A program made the position numbers and the translations under genes. A DNA stretch of 64,000 nucleotides from Candidatus Fermentibacteraceae bacterium (GTDB lineage Bacteria; Fermentibacterota; Fermentibacteria; Fermentibacterales; JCC-6). Below are positions 37,253 through 50,394 of this stretch, in pieces. The notes beneath the pieces are model-generated. The model was not told where the DNA came from. It worked only from the letters and a program-made list of their open reading frames with translations, and did no database searches. Each line of letters begins with the position of its first letter. Within the stretch, counting starts at the first letter, position 1. The stretch lies in the NCBI GenBank assembly GCA_041750285.1, contig JBGSZS010000007.1, forward strand, positions 32,001 through 96,000. Direction: 5' to 3'.

Positions 37253-39408
37253 TCCTTGCGCTTTCCCTGCTCTCCATGTGGCCCGATTCGGTTGTCAGGC
37301 TCTCCCTGCAGTTCGATCCCGGGGAGTGGGACTACGCCTGCACCTATCCCGACTCGGAGATACAGGTGCAGGCCGTTCTAACGACGGGAGGACTGACTTG
37401 CCCGTGCACGATGCAGATCAGGGGCCAGACCAGCAGCTACTACCCCAAGAAGTCGGTGAAGGTCAGGCTCGCCCCCGGATACCTTCTGAACGGATTCGAC
37501 GAGTTGAACCTGAACGCCCAGTACATGGACAGGACAAGGATCAGGGAGAACCTGTGCTACCTGTTTCATGCCCAATGCGGGCAGATCGTACCCTTTGCCG
37601 CCATGACCGAGGTCATCTACAACGGGGAGACCCAGGGCCCCTACCTTTTCGTGGAGGACGTGGACGGTGACTTCGCGCTTCGAACTTGGCTTCCGGATGA
37701 TGCGGTCGTATACAAGTGCAGGGAGTACGGGGCATCCCTAAACTCCCCGGACAGACTCCACCTGTACCTGAAGAAGACCTTCGAGAACCTTCCCGACGAC
37801 GATCTTGAATGGTTCGTAAGGTGGCTTCTGACAGCTCCCGACAGCGCATTCGTCCAGGACATCTCCGCACGGGTCCACCTTGACGCACTGCTTTCCTGCG
37901 TAGCGGCCAACACCCTTCTTTCGCACGGAAGCACCTATTACCACAACTACCACATGGTGCTCGACGCACCCGGCACGTTCGGCAGGTGGAGGATGATCCC
38001 CTGGGACATGGACAAGACCTGGGGCAGCGACTACGGCCCCGACTGGCCTTACTACTCCGTCGCCAACATGGTTTCCGAGCCCAATACCCTTCTTTGGCGC
38101 CTCTGGACGACCCCCCGGACCAGGGAACTCCTGCTGCAAAGGCTGGCGCAGCTCTCCCCGGTCTTCGTGGAATGGGCATCGAGCGGCCCCGTTGATTCGC
38201 TGGCCGCCCTCGTGCAGCCGCTGGTCATGGTTGACCCCTACCGGGATTACACGATGGAGCAGTTCGGGGAAGCAGTACAGTCACTCAGGGACTGGCCCGT
38301 CCAGCGGGTTCTTCACCTGTCGCCGATGATCAGCGACTGGCCGCTGCCGTTTCGGATGGAACCCACCTCCTTCGACCCCCAGGGGGGAATCCTGGCGAGA
38401 TGGACAAGCGCCGCCCGGGGCTCACATTACCAGGTGCGTCTTTCCACCGATTCAACGTTCGTGGATGAAGAGGCCATCTACTGGGAGACGATGACCGGCG
38501 ACACCTCGATCACGATCGCCTTCCCCCCCGGCGGAGCCCGTTCGGTTTCATACATCCAGGCAAGGGCGGTCAATCCATACAGAACGGAGAGGGCCTTGAA
38601 CCGTTCGGTCCGGCTTGTCCCCCGGCAATCCGTGCCCATGCTCGGCAACGTTCCGATAAACGAGGTGTTCTACAGGAACGACGGTCTTGTCTCTCCAGGT
38701 GACTGGGTCGAACTCGTGAACGCAGGTGATGATCCGGTGGATCTTGCGGGCTGGGCATTTCGCGACACCCAGGACAGGAATCTCCACGTCATTGGCGACA
38801 TGGTGCTTGCACCGGGTGAGTTCCTCGTTCTCATGGCCGACCCCGAAGCCTTTTTACTCACATACCCCGAATGCTCCTTCGATCCTGATCCATTCCAGTT
38901 CGGCCTGTCGGCGGATGGAGAGGTCCTGAGGCTGTACGACCCGCTGGGTGCACAGGTTGATTACGTACCGTACCTGCCCGTCGCCCCGTGGCCTGAGGAA
39001 CCGGCCAATGACGGGTGGAGCCTCTCCCTGCTCAGCCCCGAGCGCGACAACTCCAGACCCGAATCCTGGTCTGCCACTCCGAATGGCGGTACTCCGGGTC
39101 TGCCCAACAATGGTGAGCCTCCCTGGTCTCCAGGCTACAGCCTCGACCTTGAGCGCGTTTACCCGAATCCCGCGGCAACTTCCGTAACCGCCAGCGTTCT
39201 CGTCAACCCTGGAGGCGCCTGCGTTTTCAGGGTGTTCGACCTGGCCGGACGTGAAGTTCTGAACCCCGTTTCCACGACCATGAACGCCGGGGTTCACAGT
39301 TTAACCCTGGACGTCGGGTCCCTTCCCTCAGGCCTCTACTTCCTTCAGGTTTCGTATGCCGGCCTGCGCAGGTCGGTCAGATTCACAAGATTGAACGAGG
39401 CACCATGA
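37240..39408 (+). CDS. CotH-family kinase (possible pseudokinase) + lamin-tail domain + T9SS-type CTD
   Basis: 'IRGQTS...PKKS', 'HNYH', 'IPWDMDKTWG'; LTD 'INEV...DWVELVN'; CTD 'YPNP...FDLAGR...SGLYFL'. Confidence 0.88.
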   Translation: MAALILALSLLSMWPDSVVRLSLQFDPGEWDYACTYPDSEIQVQAVLTTGGLTCPCTMQIRGQTSSYYPKKSVKVRLAPGYLLNGFDELNLNAQYMDRTRIRENLCYLFHAQCGQIVPFAAMTEVIYNGETQGPYLFVEDVDGDFALRTWLPDDAVVYKCREYGASLNSPDRLHLYLKKTFENLPDDDLEWFVRWLLTAPDSAFVQDISARVHLDALLSCVAANTLLSHGSTYYHNYHMVLDAPGTFGRWRMIPWDMDKTWGSDYGPDWPYYSVANMVSEPNTLLWRLWTTPRTRELLLQRLAQLSPVFVEWASSGPVDSLAALVQPLVMVDPYRDYTMEQFGEAVQSLRDWPVQRVLHLSPMISDWPLPFRMEPTSFDPQGGILARWTSAARGSHYQVRLSTDSTFVDEEAIYWETMTGDTSITIAFPPGGARSVSYIQARAVNPYRTERALNRSVRLVPRQSVPMLGNVPINEVFYRNDGLVSPGDWVELVNAGDDPVDLAGWAFRDTQDRNLHVIGDMVLAPGEFLVLMADPEAFLLTYPECSFDPDPFQFGLSADGEVLRLYDPLGAQVDYVPYLPVAPWPEEPANDGWSLSLLSPERDNSRPESWSATPNGGTPGLPNNGEPPWSPGYSLDLERVYPNPAATSVTASVLVNPGGACVFRVFDLAGREVLNPVSTTMNAGVHSLTLDVGSLPSGLYFLQVSYAGLRRSVRFTRLNEAP

Positions 39409-40829
39409 TCAAGGGGATTCACTTTGCGGCCGCTGTGCTGTTCGCTTCAGGGGCCACCGCCGGAAGGGTTTCTGTGGTTCCCGGCGATGCCTTCCAGGAC
39501 AGTCTTTCGACCCTCGGGGCAGGCGACACCCTGTTCTTCAGCCCGGGTACCTATTCCAGGAACGACGACCTTCCCCTGCTTCACGTACTGCCCGTGAACG
39601 ACGGGGTGGTGATAACTTCGGATTCCCTTGACCGGGCAGTTCTTGAAGGCGGCGGGCGCGACCGTCCCGTTGTGGTTGTTCAGGGTCCCATTGGTTCCGC
39701 GACCGTGTTTGAGAACCTGGTGCTCACCGGGGGAAACTCACTGTCCGGTAACTGGTTCGGAGGCGGAGGCCTGTGCATCACGAACGGAGAGTGTATCGTG
39801 AGGAACTGCACCATAAGCGGCAACACCGCCCTGTTTGGCGGAGGGATCTTCTGCGAGGGGGGGGCGCCCGACCTGTCCGGCCTTCTGATAGAGAACAACA
39901 CGGCCCTGGTTTCGGGGGGAGGAGTGTGCTTCTACGGAAGCGATGCTTCGCTCAGCCATTCGATTGTCCGCCTGAACGCCTCGGAAGACGACGGCGGCGG
40001 GGTGTACGCCTATCAGGGCGACACATTCGCCACCAACGTGGTTCTGACCGGCAATCAGTCCGCCGACGACGGAGGAGCCTTCATGCAGCTTCGGGGACGG
40101 CTTCTCCTTCAGTTCTGCACGCTTCACGACAACTCCTGCGGGGACGACGGCGGTGGCATCCTCGTTTCATCCTGCGACAGCCTGTCGATGGAATCCTGCA
40201 TCGTGACTCAGAACCAGGGCAAGGGCGGGGTCCAGCTCAAGAGGGGCGACGAGTCTTTGTTCATAAGCCACTGCTGCGCATGGGGCAACGAATACGGTAA
40301 TTACGTCAACATGGAGGATCCCACGGGAACCCTGGGCAACATATCGGAAGACCCGCTCTTCGCCGACTCACTCCTCAGGCTCTCCCAGACCGCTTCCGGG
40401 CAGTCCGTCCAAAGTCCCTGCGCCGATGCCGGTCACGTTCCCGCCGAAGGCAGCATCGTCCAGTGGTTCTCAACGCGAACCGACAGCATACCCGACCAGG
40501 GGACGGCCGACATGGGTTTCCATTTCAACCCCCTGCCGTACCTCTGGAACCCCGAACCCCCTCCGATGGGTTTCATGTTAAGCGTCTACCCGTGTCCCAC
40601 AACAGGACCGCTCACAATACTGATCGCCTCCCTCGATTCGTCACTTGTCGAGCTGTCCGTTTTCGACCTTGCCGGAAGGCTGGTTGCCGGCCTGGGCTCT
40701 GTTGCGGTAAGCGCGGGCGAGACTGAAACGGTGTGGAACGTACCGTACGGAACTCCGGCAGGCGTTCTTTTCGTTCGGTGCGCCGGCCCCGGAGGTGCGG
40801 TCGTGGCGAGAACGGTGGTGCTCCGATGA
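39405..40829 (+). CDS. Secreted right-handed beta-helix protein with T9SS-type CTD
   Basis: Repeated 'GN.A..GGG' / 'DDGGG' Pmp-like repeats; CTD 'YPCP...FDLAGR'; ATGA overlap. Confidence 0.8.
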   Translation: MIKGIHFAAAVLFASGATAGRVSVVPGDAFQDSLSTLGAGDTLFFSPGTYSRNDDLPLLHVLPVNDGVVITSDSLDRAVLEGGGRDRPVVVVQGPIGSATVFENLVLTGGNSLSGNWFGGGGLCITNGECIVRNCTISGNTALFGGGIFCEGGAPDLSGLLIENNTALVSGGGVCFYGSDASLSHSIVRLNASEDDGGGVYAYQGDTFATNVVLTGNQSADDGGAFMQLRGRLLLQFCTLHDNSCGDDGGGILVSSCDSLSMESCIVTQNQGKGGVQLKRGDESLFISHCCAWGNEYGNYVNMEDPTGTLGNISEDPLFADSLLRLSQTASGQSVQSPCADAGHVPAEGSIVQWFSTRTDSIPDQGTADMGFHFNPLPYLWNPEPPPMGFMLSVYPCPTTGPLTILIASLDSSLVELSVFDLAGRLVAGLGSVAVSAGETETVWNVPYGTPAGVLFVRCAGPGGAVVARTVVLR

Positions 40830-42196
40830 CTCTTCTTGCGGCCCTTGCCGCAGGGCTGATCACGGTTTCCCCCGGACAGAGCATTCAGGACGCCCTCGAC
40901 GCTTCAGCGGCAGGCGACACGGTGCTTCTGATGCCGGGGGTTCACACCGGAACGGGCGGGAATCTGGTCTCTCTTAACGGTTCCCATAACGGGCTGACGC
41001 TGCTGGGCGATACCGGGAATCCCGGATCGGTGGTTCTGGACGGCGGAGGGCTTTCCGGTCCGGTCATTCACATCGACGGCATCTCCGCAGACACCCTCGA
41101 CAGAAGCACCGTCCTTTCAGGGTTCACCGTTACAGGCGCGAACACCGGGGACCTCGGGGGGGGTCTTTTCAGTTACTACGCTTCCCCCACCCTTGTCGCG
41201 GTGATGTTCGAGGGATGCCAGTCCGGGAGCGGGGGCGGGGCGTATCTGTGGAGGGGCGCGCCCCTTCTCGTATCATGCGTTTTCGACGGAAACAGCTGCA
41301 GCACATCCGGGGCGGGCATCTACGCGTACGCCTGCGAAGGGCTCGAACTGCTTTCCTGCGTTTTCACGGGCAACAGCTCGACAGACGACGGCGGCGGTGT
41401 CTACCTTTTCCACAGTTCACCGGTGGTGCGGAACTGCCTCTTCACCGGGAACTACGCCTGGGACAACGGGGGGGGGCTCTACCTCTATGCCTACTCCTCC
41501 CCCGACATCGGCTGGTGCACATTCGAGGGCAATTCCACGACCTATGAAGGCAGTGCGGTCTATTTCAGGGTCGGGTCCGAAGCGGTGCTGCACGACTGCG
41601 TGATCACCGGGAACATCACTCCCGCTCTCTGGATCGACGGGGGCGGTGATCCCCAGTTCCACCACAACTGTCTGTGGGGAAATCCCGACGGCGACTGGGG
41701 CAACCTGCCCGATCAGACCGGGTTCAGCGGGAACATCAGCCAGGACCCCATCCTGGTGGAGGGGCATCACCTCTCCCAGACCGCGTCGGGTCAGCCCCAG
41801 GACAGCCCCTGCGTGAATGCCGGCTCGGTGAACGCTTCGGAGCCCGGGCTTCACATCTACTGGACCAGAACGGATCAGTCACCCGACACGGGGCAGGCCG
41901 ACATGGGCTTTCACTACGGCCCCCAGCCCCAGTACACGGGTTTTGCTTCCGGTTCTACCATGCCACCCGCCCTGAGGATCCGCCCCGTTCCGGCGGGGGG
42001 CGCGGTGACGGTTGAACATCCCGAAGGTCCCGGGGTGCTTTCCGTGTACGATCTGTCGGGAAGGCTCGTCATGGAATACCCTTCGGAGGAGGACGGGATA
42101 ACCGGGCTTTGTGTGACGGACCTGCCGGGAGGGGTTTACATAGTGGTGTACAGGGGGGGTGCCGGACCGCTTTCCCGGCGTATGATCCTGCTTTGA
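40826..42196 (+). CDS. Secreted right-handed beta-helix protein with T9SS-type CTD (paralogue)
   Basis: 'F.GN...GGG' repeats; shares 'LSQTASGQ...SPC..AG...TRTD..PD.G.ADMGFH' with the preceding gene; ATGA overlap. Confidence 0.8.
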   Translation: MTLLAALAAGLITVSPGQSIQDALDASAAGDTVLLMPGVHTGTGGNLVSLNGSHNGLTLLGDTGNPGSVVLDGGGLSGPVIHIDGISADTLDRSTVLSGFTVTGANTGDLGGGLFSYYASPTLVAVMFEGCQSGSGGGAYLWRGAPLLVSCVFDGNSCSTSGAGIYAYACEGLELLSCVFTGNSSTDDGGGVYLFHSSPVVRNCLFTGNYAWDNGGGLYLYAYSSPDIGWCTFEGNSTTYEGSAVYFRVGSEAVLHDCVITGNITPALWIDGGGDPQFHHNCLWGNPDGDWGNLPDQTGFSGNISQDPILVEGHHLSQTASGQPQDSPCVNAGSVNASEPGLHIYWTRTDQSPDTGQADMGFHYGPQPQYTGFASGSTMPPALRIRPVPAGGAVTVEHPEGPGVLSVYDLSGRLVMEYPSEEDGITGLCVTDLPGGVYIVVYRGGAGPLSRRMILL

Positions 42197-42210
42197 ACGG
42201 AAGGAGCGCT

Positions 42211-42999
42211 TTGGGCAGCGAAGACGGTGTTTTCAGCGACAATCCACCCGGCCTCACCGAGCGGCTCGGTGCAGCCCGGGTGGGCATCGCGGGTTGCGGC
42301 GGAATAGGGAGCAATGTCGCCATTCTTCTTGCAAGGGCCGGGGTTGGAAACCTTGTCATCGTTGATTTTGACAGGGTCGAGACAAGGAATCTCAACCGGC
42401 AGCACTACTTCTCAGAGCATACCGGAATGCCCAAGGTCCTCGCCCTGAGTAGTCAGATCGCGGGCATTCGGGCTGGAACGCTCGTTGAGGCCATTGAGGC
42501 GAGGATAGACCAGGGGAACGCCGTGAGCATGTTCGAAGGGTGCCACCTTCTTGTCGAAGCCCTTGACCTCGACGAATCGAAGGAGATGCTTCTGAACACC
42601 TGGCTCGAGGGCATGCCGGGTACACCGGTCGTGGCCTGCAGCGGTCTGGCCGGAACGGGTGCCCCGGATTCGGTCAGAGTGGACCGCCTGGGTGGCGGCT
42701 TGACCATCGTGGGCGACGGGAGGTCCGATCTGGAACTTGGCACCCTGTCCGCCAGGGTGAGCCTCGTTGCATCAATGATGGCACTCGAAGCCGTCGGGCT
42801 GCTTTCGGGGGCCGGGTCTCCCTGTGAGTCATGCGTGTCGAAGTGTTCCAGCGGAGTGGAGCTTTGGTGCAACGGCGCCGGGGTACCCCTTTCCGGCTTC
42901 CCGGCCAGGGCTCTGGCGGGGGCTGTCAGGGGGCTTCTCTCCGCCTACAGGGGCGTTGATCCCTCGGGTGCGATCACCCTGAAGATCGGGCCTCACTGA
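42211..42999 (+). CDS. thiF: ThiF-family sulfur-carrier adenylyltransferase with extra C-terminal domain
   Basis: 'VGIAGCGGIGSN', 'LARAGVG', 'DFDRVE..NLNRQ', 'VEALD', 'SG.AG'; TTG start after AAGGAG (alternative start 42193). Confidence 0.8.
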   Translation: MGSEDGVFSDNPPGLTERLGAARVGIAGCGGIGSNVAILLARAGVGNLVIVDFDRVETRNLNRQHYFSEHTGMPKVLALSSQIAGIRAGTLVEAIEARIDQGNAVSMFEGCHLLVEALDLDESKEMLLNTWLEGMPGTPVVACSGLAGTGAPDSVRVDRLGGGLTIVGDGRSDLELGTLSARVSLVASMMALEAVGLLSGAGSPCESCVSKCSSGVELWCNGAGVPLSGFPARALAGAVRGLLSAYRGVDPSGAITLKIGPH

Positions 43000-45662
43000 T
43001 CAAGGGGTTCCATGTCCTCCCCGATGCCGCCTGCCGAGAAGACGAACCAGTCACCCGTGAAGTACCTTGCAGCAGCTTCCCTGACCTGTGAAGTTGTCAG
43101 GGCGGTGGTCTGCCGCAGCCTTTGAATGTCATGGTCCAGCGGAAGCCCCATCGCCTCGGTGACCGCGAGGTAGCGGGCGAGGTCGCCGTAGGTGTCGTAC
43201 CCCAGGGCATGGGCGCTCACCGCCCTTGACTGCTCAAGCAGCAGCTCCATCTCCTCGACGCCATCCGAACCCATTCGCAGGCATTCGTTCACAGTGGACT
43301 GAAGGGCCCGGGTGTTCATCGAGGCTCCGGTTGCATACATGGCCATGAACCTCGCCGTCTCCCTGAGGCCGGAGGACATGGAGTTGGTCCCACCCCAGAC
43401 CGCGTAGGCCAGTCCCTGCTGCTCCCTGATGTAGCTTCCCAGCCTGGAGGAGATGCCCGACCCCAGTATCCTTGCCGCCATTGCGAAAGCCGGTTCATCC
43501 GGGGAATCCATGCCCGGGGCGGGGCACATCACCGCCGTTGCGGCCTGTATCCTTCCGGGCATCACGGCGACGAGGGTGTCTCCCGGAACCGTTCTGAACG
43601 AGTATTCCGCCAGTGGAGGTACCGGCACTGCAGGTTCCGTCCAGTCCGAGAAGTACAGCCCGGCCAGTTCAAGCGCCCTCTCCGGCGTGATGTCGCCCAC
43701 CACTGCTATCACGGTTTCAGAAGGTCTGACGCAGGCCCGGTGGAAGTCCCTGAGGTCATCGATGGAGATCCGTCCCAGGGTTTCCTCCGAAATGACGTAG
43801 GCCTCTCCCTCCCACTCCAGAACCAGGTCCGCTTCTGAGAAGACACGCCCCATGGGCTGTTCCCTGCCTGTTCGGATCCTCCCGATCATCCGTTCGCGTG
43901 CCGCAAGGAAATCATCCTCATCCATGGCCGGTCTTCTGAGAAGGTCGGAGGTGGAGAGGAAGAGCGTCTCCGCGAATTCACCGAGGCCGTACGTGTTGCC
44001 AAGCGCAAACGCATCGCCCGTACTGAGCCATGTTCCCGCACCAATCTCCTCGAGCCTTGTATGGAAAGCAAGACGGTCGAGGTCTTCCGTGCCACCCATC
44101 ATCGTCTCGGCGGTCAGCGCAGCGAGACCGGCCAAGCCTGGCATCGTTCGTCTTTCTCCCATCGGGAACGTGAACATTATCTCGACGATGGGGAACGTAT
44201 GGTCATCCCTCACCAGAAGCGTCACGCCGTTCTCGAGTGTGAAGCGCGACACTCCTTCGGATACCGACCTTTCCGGAACCTCGATGTCCGCCGGTGTAAC
44301 TGAAAGACCATCCCACTCCAGGTCCTCCGGAGGAACAAGCTCCCGGTGCGGGTCGGGATCGGCTGAAGCGGCGGGCGCTTCACCTCCCGGGGTCAGCACC
44401 GCCACCGCCATGTTTCCGGGGAAGAAGTACTTCTGAGCCGCGCTCCTCACATCCATGGGGGTGAGGGACTGTATCGCCTCGAGAAACCTGGAGTGGTGGA
44501 GCGGGTCTCCGGTCTGGTTCCAGTCGTACGCCCTGCGGTAGGCCACGCTCAGCGGATTGTCCTGGCTGAGGATCTCGGAGGCGGCGTACCGCTGTTTGAT
44601 TCCCTCCATCAGTTCCGTTTCGAGAAGCTCGGTGGAGAGCCGCTGAAGCTCGTTCAGCACCAGAAGCTCGACCGAATCGGCCGAAACCCCTTCCTGCAGG
44701 GTCACACTTATGGTGAAGGGATCGGGATCGACACCCCAGGGAGCGCTTGCCCACGCTCTGGAAGCCAGCCCGGTGAGCAACAGGTTGTTCTCGAACCAGG
44801 AGGTCCGGCCGCTGGTCAGATAGGCCGCGATGAAAGACAGGGGGACCATGTCGGGGTGGACCGTTTCGCACCCCTTGAACGCGATCATCAGCCGTGCTGC
44901 ATCGGCCGGAAACACCAGCTCATCACGTACGGGGCCTTCGAGGGGTGGGTCCTGCGGAAGGATGAGATCGGGGACAGCAACGCCGGGAATGGGTCCGAAG
45001 TACTGCTCGACAAGCTCGAGGGTGCGTTCGGTGTCTATGTCGCCGACGATCACAAGGACAGCGTTTCCGGGCTGGTACCAGGTGTCGTAGTATTCCTTCA
45101 CCGATGAGGCTGTGTAGGCGCTTATGGTCTCTTCCGTTCCGATGACCGGCCTCCGGTAGGGGTGGAGCGGGTGCATCGTTTCGGCCATCCTCCGCCACAG
45201 GGCGTTATCGGGGCTGTCCTCGTTCAGTCTCCATTCATCCAGGACGACGCCGATCTCCTCGGCGACCACCGCGGAATCCATGGGACAGTTTCGCATCCTG
45301 TCGCTCTCGATGGCGAGCGCCTCTTCAAGCCTGTCGGCTGGAAACTGGAGGAAGTAGGTGGTCTGGTCCTGTCTGGTTCCCCCGTTGGCCATGCCACCGT
45401 TCTTCTGGACGATCTTCCAGAACCGGGTGTCGGGCATGGACGGCGTGCCGTTGAAGAGCATGTGCTCGGTGAAGTGGCTGATGCCTGAGATGTCATCGGT
45501 CTCGTTCCTGGCACCCACCCTGTACTGCACCAGAACGACAACCGAGCGGGTGTAGCCCATCTCCTCGGTTATCACCACCAGCCCGTTGTCGAGCGTTGTG
45601 ACTTCGGGCGCGGCGGCCGCTGCCGCGACCAGGGCAAAAAACAGAACTGCCGTGATTTTCAT
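42993..45662 (-). CDS. Secreted M16 (pitrilysin-like) zinc peptidase, two-module
   Basis: Signal peptide; 'TLDNGL', 'GISHFTEHMLFNGT' (HxxEH); second module 'TLENG', 'SSRL...IREQQGLAY'. Confidence 0.92.
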   Translation of the reverse strand: MKITAVLFFALVAAAAAAPEVTTLDNGLVVITEEMGYTRSVVVLVQYRVGARNETDDISGISHFTEHMLFNGTPSMPDTRFWKIVQKNGGMANGGTRQDQTTYFLQFPADRLEEALAIESDRMRNCPMDSAVVAEEIGVVLDEWRLNEDSPDNALWRRMAETMHPLHPYRRPVIGTEETISAYTASSVKEYYDTWYQPGNAVLVIVGDIDTERTLELVEQYFGPIPGVAVPDLILPQDPPLEGPVRDELVFPADAARLMIAFKGCETVHPDMVPLSFIAAYLTSGRTSWFENNLLLTGLASRAWASAPWGVDPDPFTISVTLQEGVSADSVELLVLNELQRLSTELLETELMEGIKQRYAASEILSQDNPLSVAYRRAYDWNQTGDPLHHSRFLEAIQSLTPMDVRSAAQKYFFPGNMAVAVLTPGGEAPAASADPDPHRELVPPEDLEWDGLSVTPADIEVPERSVSEGVSRFTLENGVTLLVRDDHTFPIVEIMFTFPMGERRTMPGLAGLAALTAETMMGGTEDLDRLAFHTRLEEIGAGTWLSTGDAFALGNTYGLGEFAETLFLSTSDLLRRPAMDEDDFLAARERMIGRIRTGREQPMGRVFSEADLVLEWEGEAYVISEETLGRISIDDLRDFHRACVRPSETVIAVVGDITPERALELAGLYFSDWTEPAVPVPPLAEYSFRTVPGDTLVAVMPGRIQAATAVMCPAPGMDSPDEPAFAMAARILGSGISSRLGSYIREQQGLAYAVWGGTNSMSSGLRETARFMAMYATGASMNTRALQSTVNECLRMGSDGVEEMELLLEQSRAVSAHALGYDTYGDLARYLAVTEAMGLPLDHDIQRLRQTTALTTSQVREAAARYFTGDWFVFSAGGIGEDMEPLDQ

Positions 45663-45731
45663 GCCTTGCTTTCCTTTTCATTTGAGAATGCCTGTTTATG
45701 CTGCACGGGAATATAGCATCCAGTTGTGTGA

Positions 45732-48852
<3,121 letters not shown>

Positions 48853-48856
<4 letters not shown>

Positions 48857-50394
48857 TCCCCGGCGGTGTGGCCATACTCGATTTCGGCAGCCAGTATTCA
48901 CAACTGATAGCCAGACGGGTGAGGGAGCAGGGAGTCTACTGCGAACTCCTACCCGGTGATGCCGACTGGAACAGGGTGCTTCGCATGGAACCCGGTGCGG
49001 TGATACTTTCGGGAAGTCCGTTCAGCGTCTACGCTCCGGGTTCCCCGCACCCGGCTCCCGAGGTTTTCGAAACGGGATTGCCCGTTCTCGGGATCTGCTA
49101 CGGCATGCAGCTTCTGGCCCATCACACGGGGGGGAGGGTCGAAGGCGGGCATCACCGTGAATTCGGTCCGGCTGAAGTATCGCCTGCGGAAGGAAGCCTT
49201 CTTCTCCGGGGGCTCGACAGCGGGCTCACGGCATGGATGAGCCACGGCGACCGGGTAACCGGGCTCCCACCGGGCTACATGGTCGCGGCCTCGACCCAGT
49301 TGCTTCCCATCGCGGCCATGGAAAATGCCGGCGCGAAAAGGTACGGCGTTCAGTTCCACCCCGAGGTGAATCACACAGTCTTCGGTGTTGCGTTCCTGAG
49401 GAATTTCCTCTTCGATCTGGCCGGTCTTTCGCCGAACTGGAACATGAAGGCTTACGCAGTGGAAGCCGCTGAAGCCGTCCGCAGGGAACTCGGAGAGCAG
49501 GGACACGTGATCCTCGGCCTTTCGGGGGGCGTTGACAGCTCCGTGGTGGCTGCCCTTCTGCACCGTGCGGTGCCAGGCAGGTTCACCCCCATCTTCGTCG
49601 ACAACGGTCTGCTCCGGCAGGGTGAGCGGGAACAGGTCGAGGCCACGTTCCGCGACCACTTCCGTATGCCCCTGGTGGTGATCGATGGAACGGATGCCTT
49701 TCTTGACCGGCTCGCCGGGGTTTCCGACCCGGAAAGCAAGCGCAAGATCATCGGCAGGGTGTTCATCGAGCTGTTCGAGAAGGCTGCAGCGGGGATACAC
49801 GGCGCCACGCACCTTGCCCAGGGCACCCTCTACCCCGATGTGATTGAAAGCGTGAGTTTCAGGGGGCCTTCGGCCACCATAAAGAGCCATCACAACGTCG
49901 GGGGACTTCCGGAGAAAATGCACCTGAGGCTTCTCGAGCCCCTTCGCGAGCTTTTCAAGGATGAGGTGCGCGAACTCGGAAGGGAGCTGGGGCTTCCCGG
50001 CACCATGGTCGACCGCCATCCCTTCCCCGGTCCGGGCCTTGCTGTGAGGATATTGGGTCCCGTTAACAGGGAAGACCTCGACCTCCTTCGGAGGGTTGAT
50101 GCGGTCTTCATCCAGTACCTTCGCGAAAACAGGCTCTACGAGCGGATCTGGCAGGCGTTCGCGGTACTCCTTCCCATACGCACCGTCGGGGTCATGGGCG
50201 ATGAGCGCACCTACCACAGGGTCGCCGCCCTCAGGGCCGTCACCAGCACCGACGGCATGACCGCGGACTGGTACAGGATGGATCCCGATCACATGGCCAG
50301 GCTTTCGAGTGAGATCGTCAACAGGATTCCCGGCGTCAGCCGGGTTGTCTACGACATCTCTTCCAAGCCTCCGGCCACGATAGAGTGGGAATGA
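48853..50394 (+). CDS. guaA: GMP synthase (glutamine-hydrolysing)
   Basis: 'LDFGSQY', 'GICYGMQ', 'QFHPEV', 'SGGVDS', 'IKSHHNV', 'KPPATIEWE'. Confidence 0.98.
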
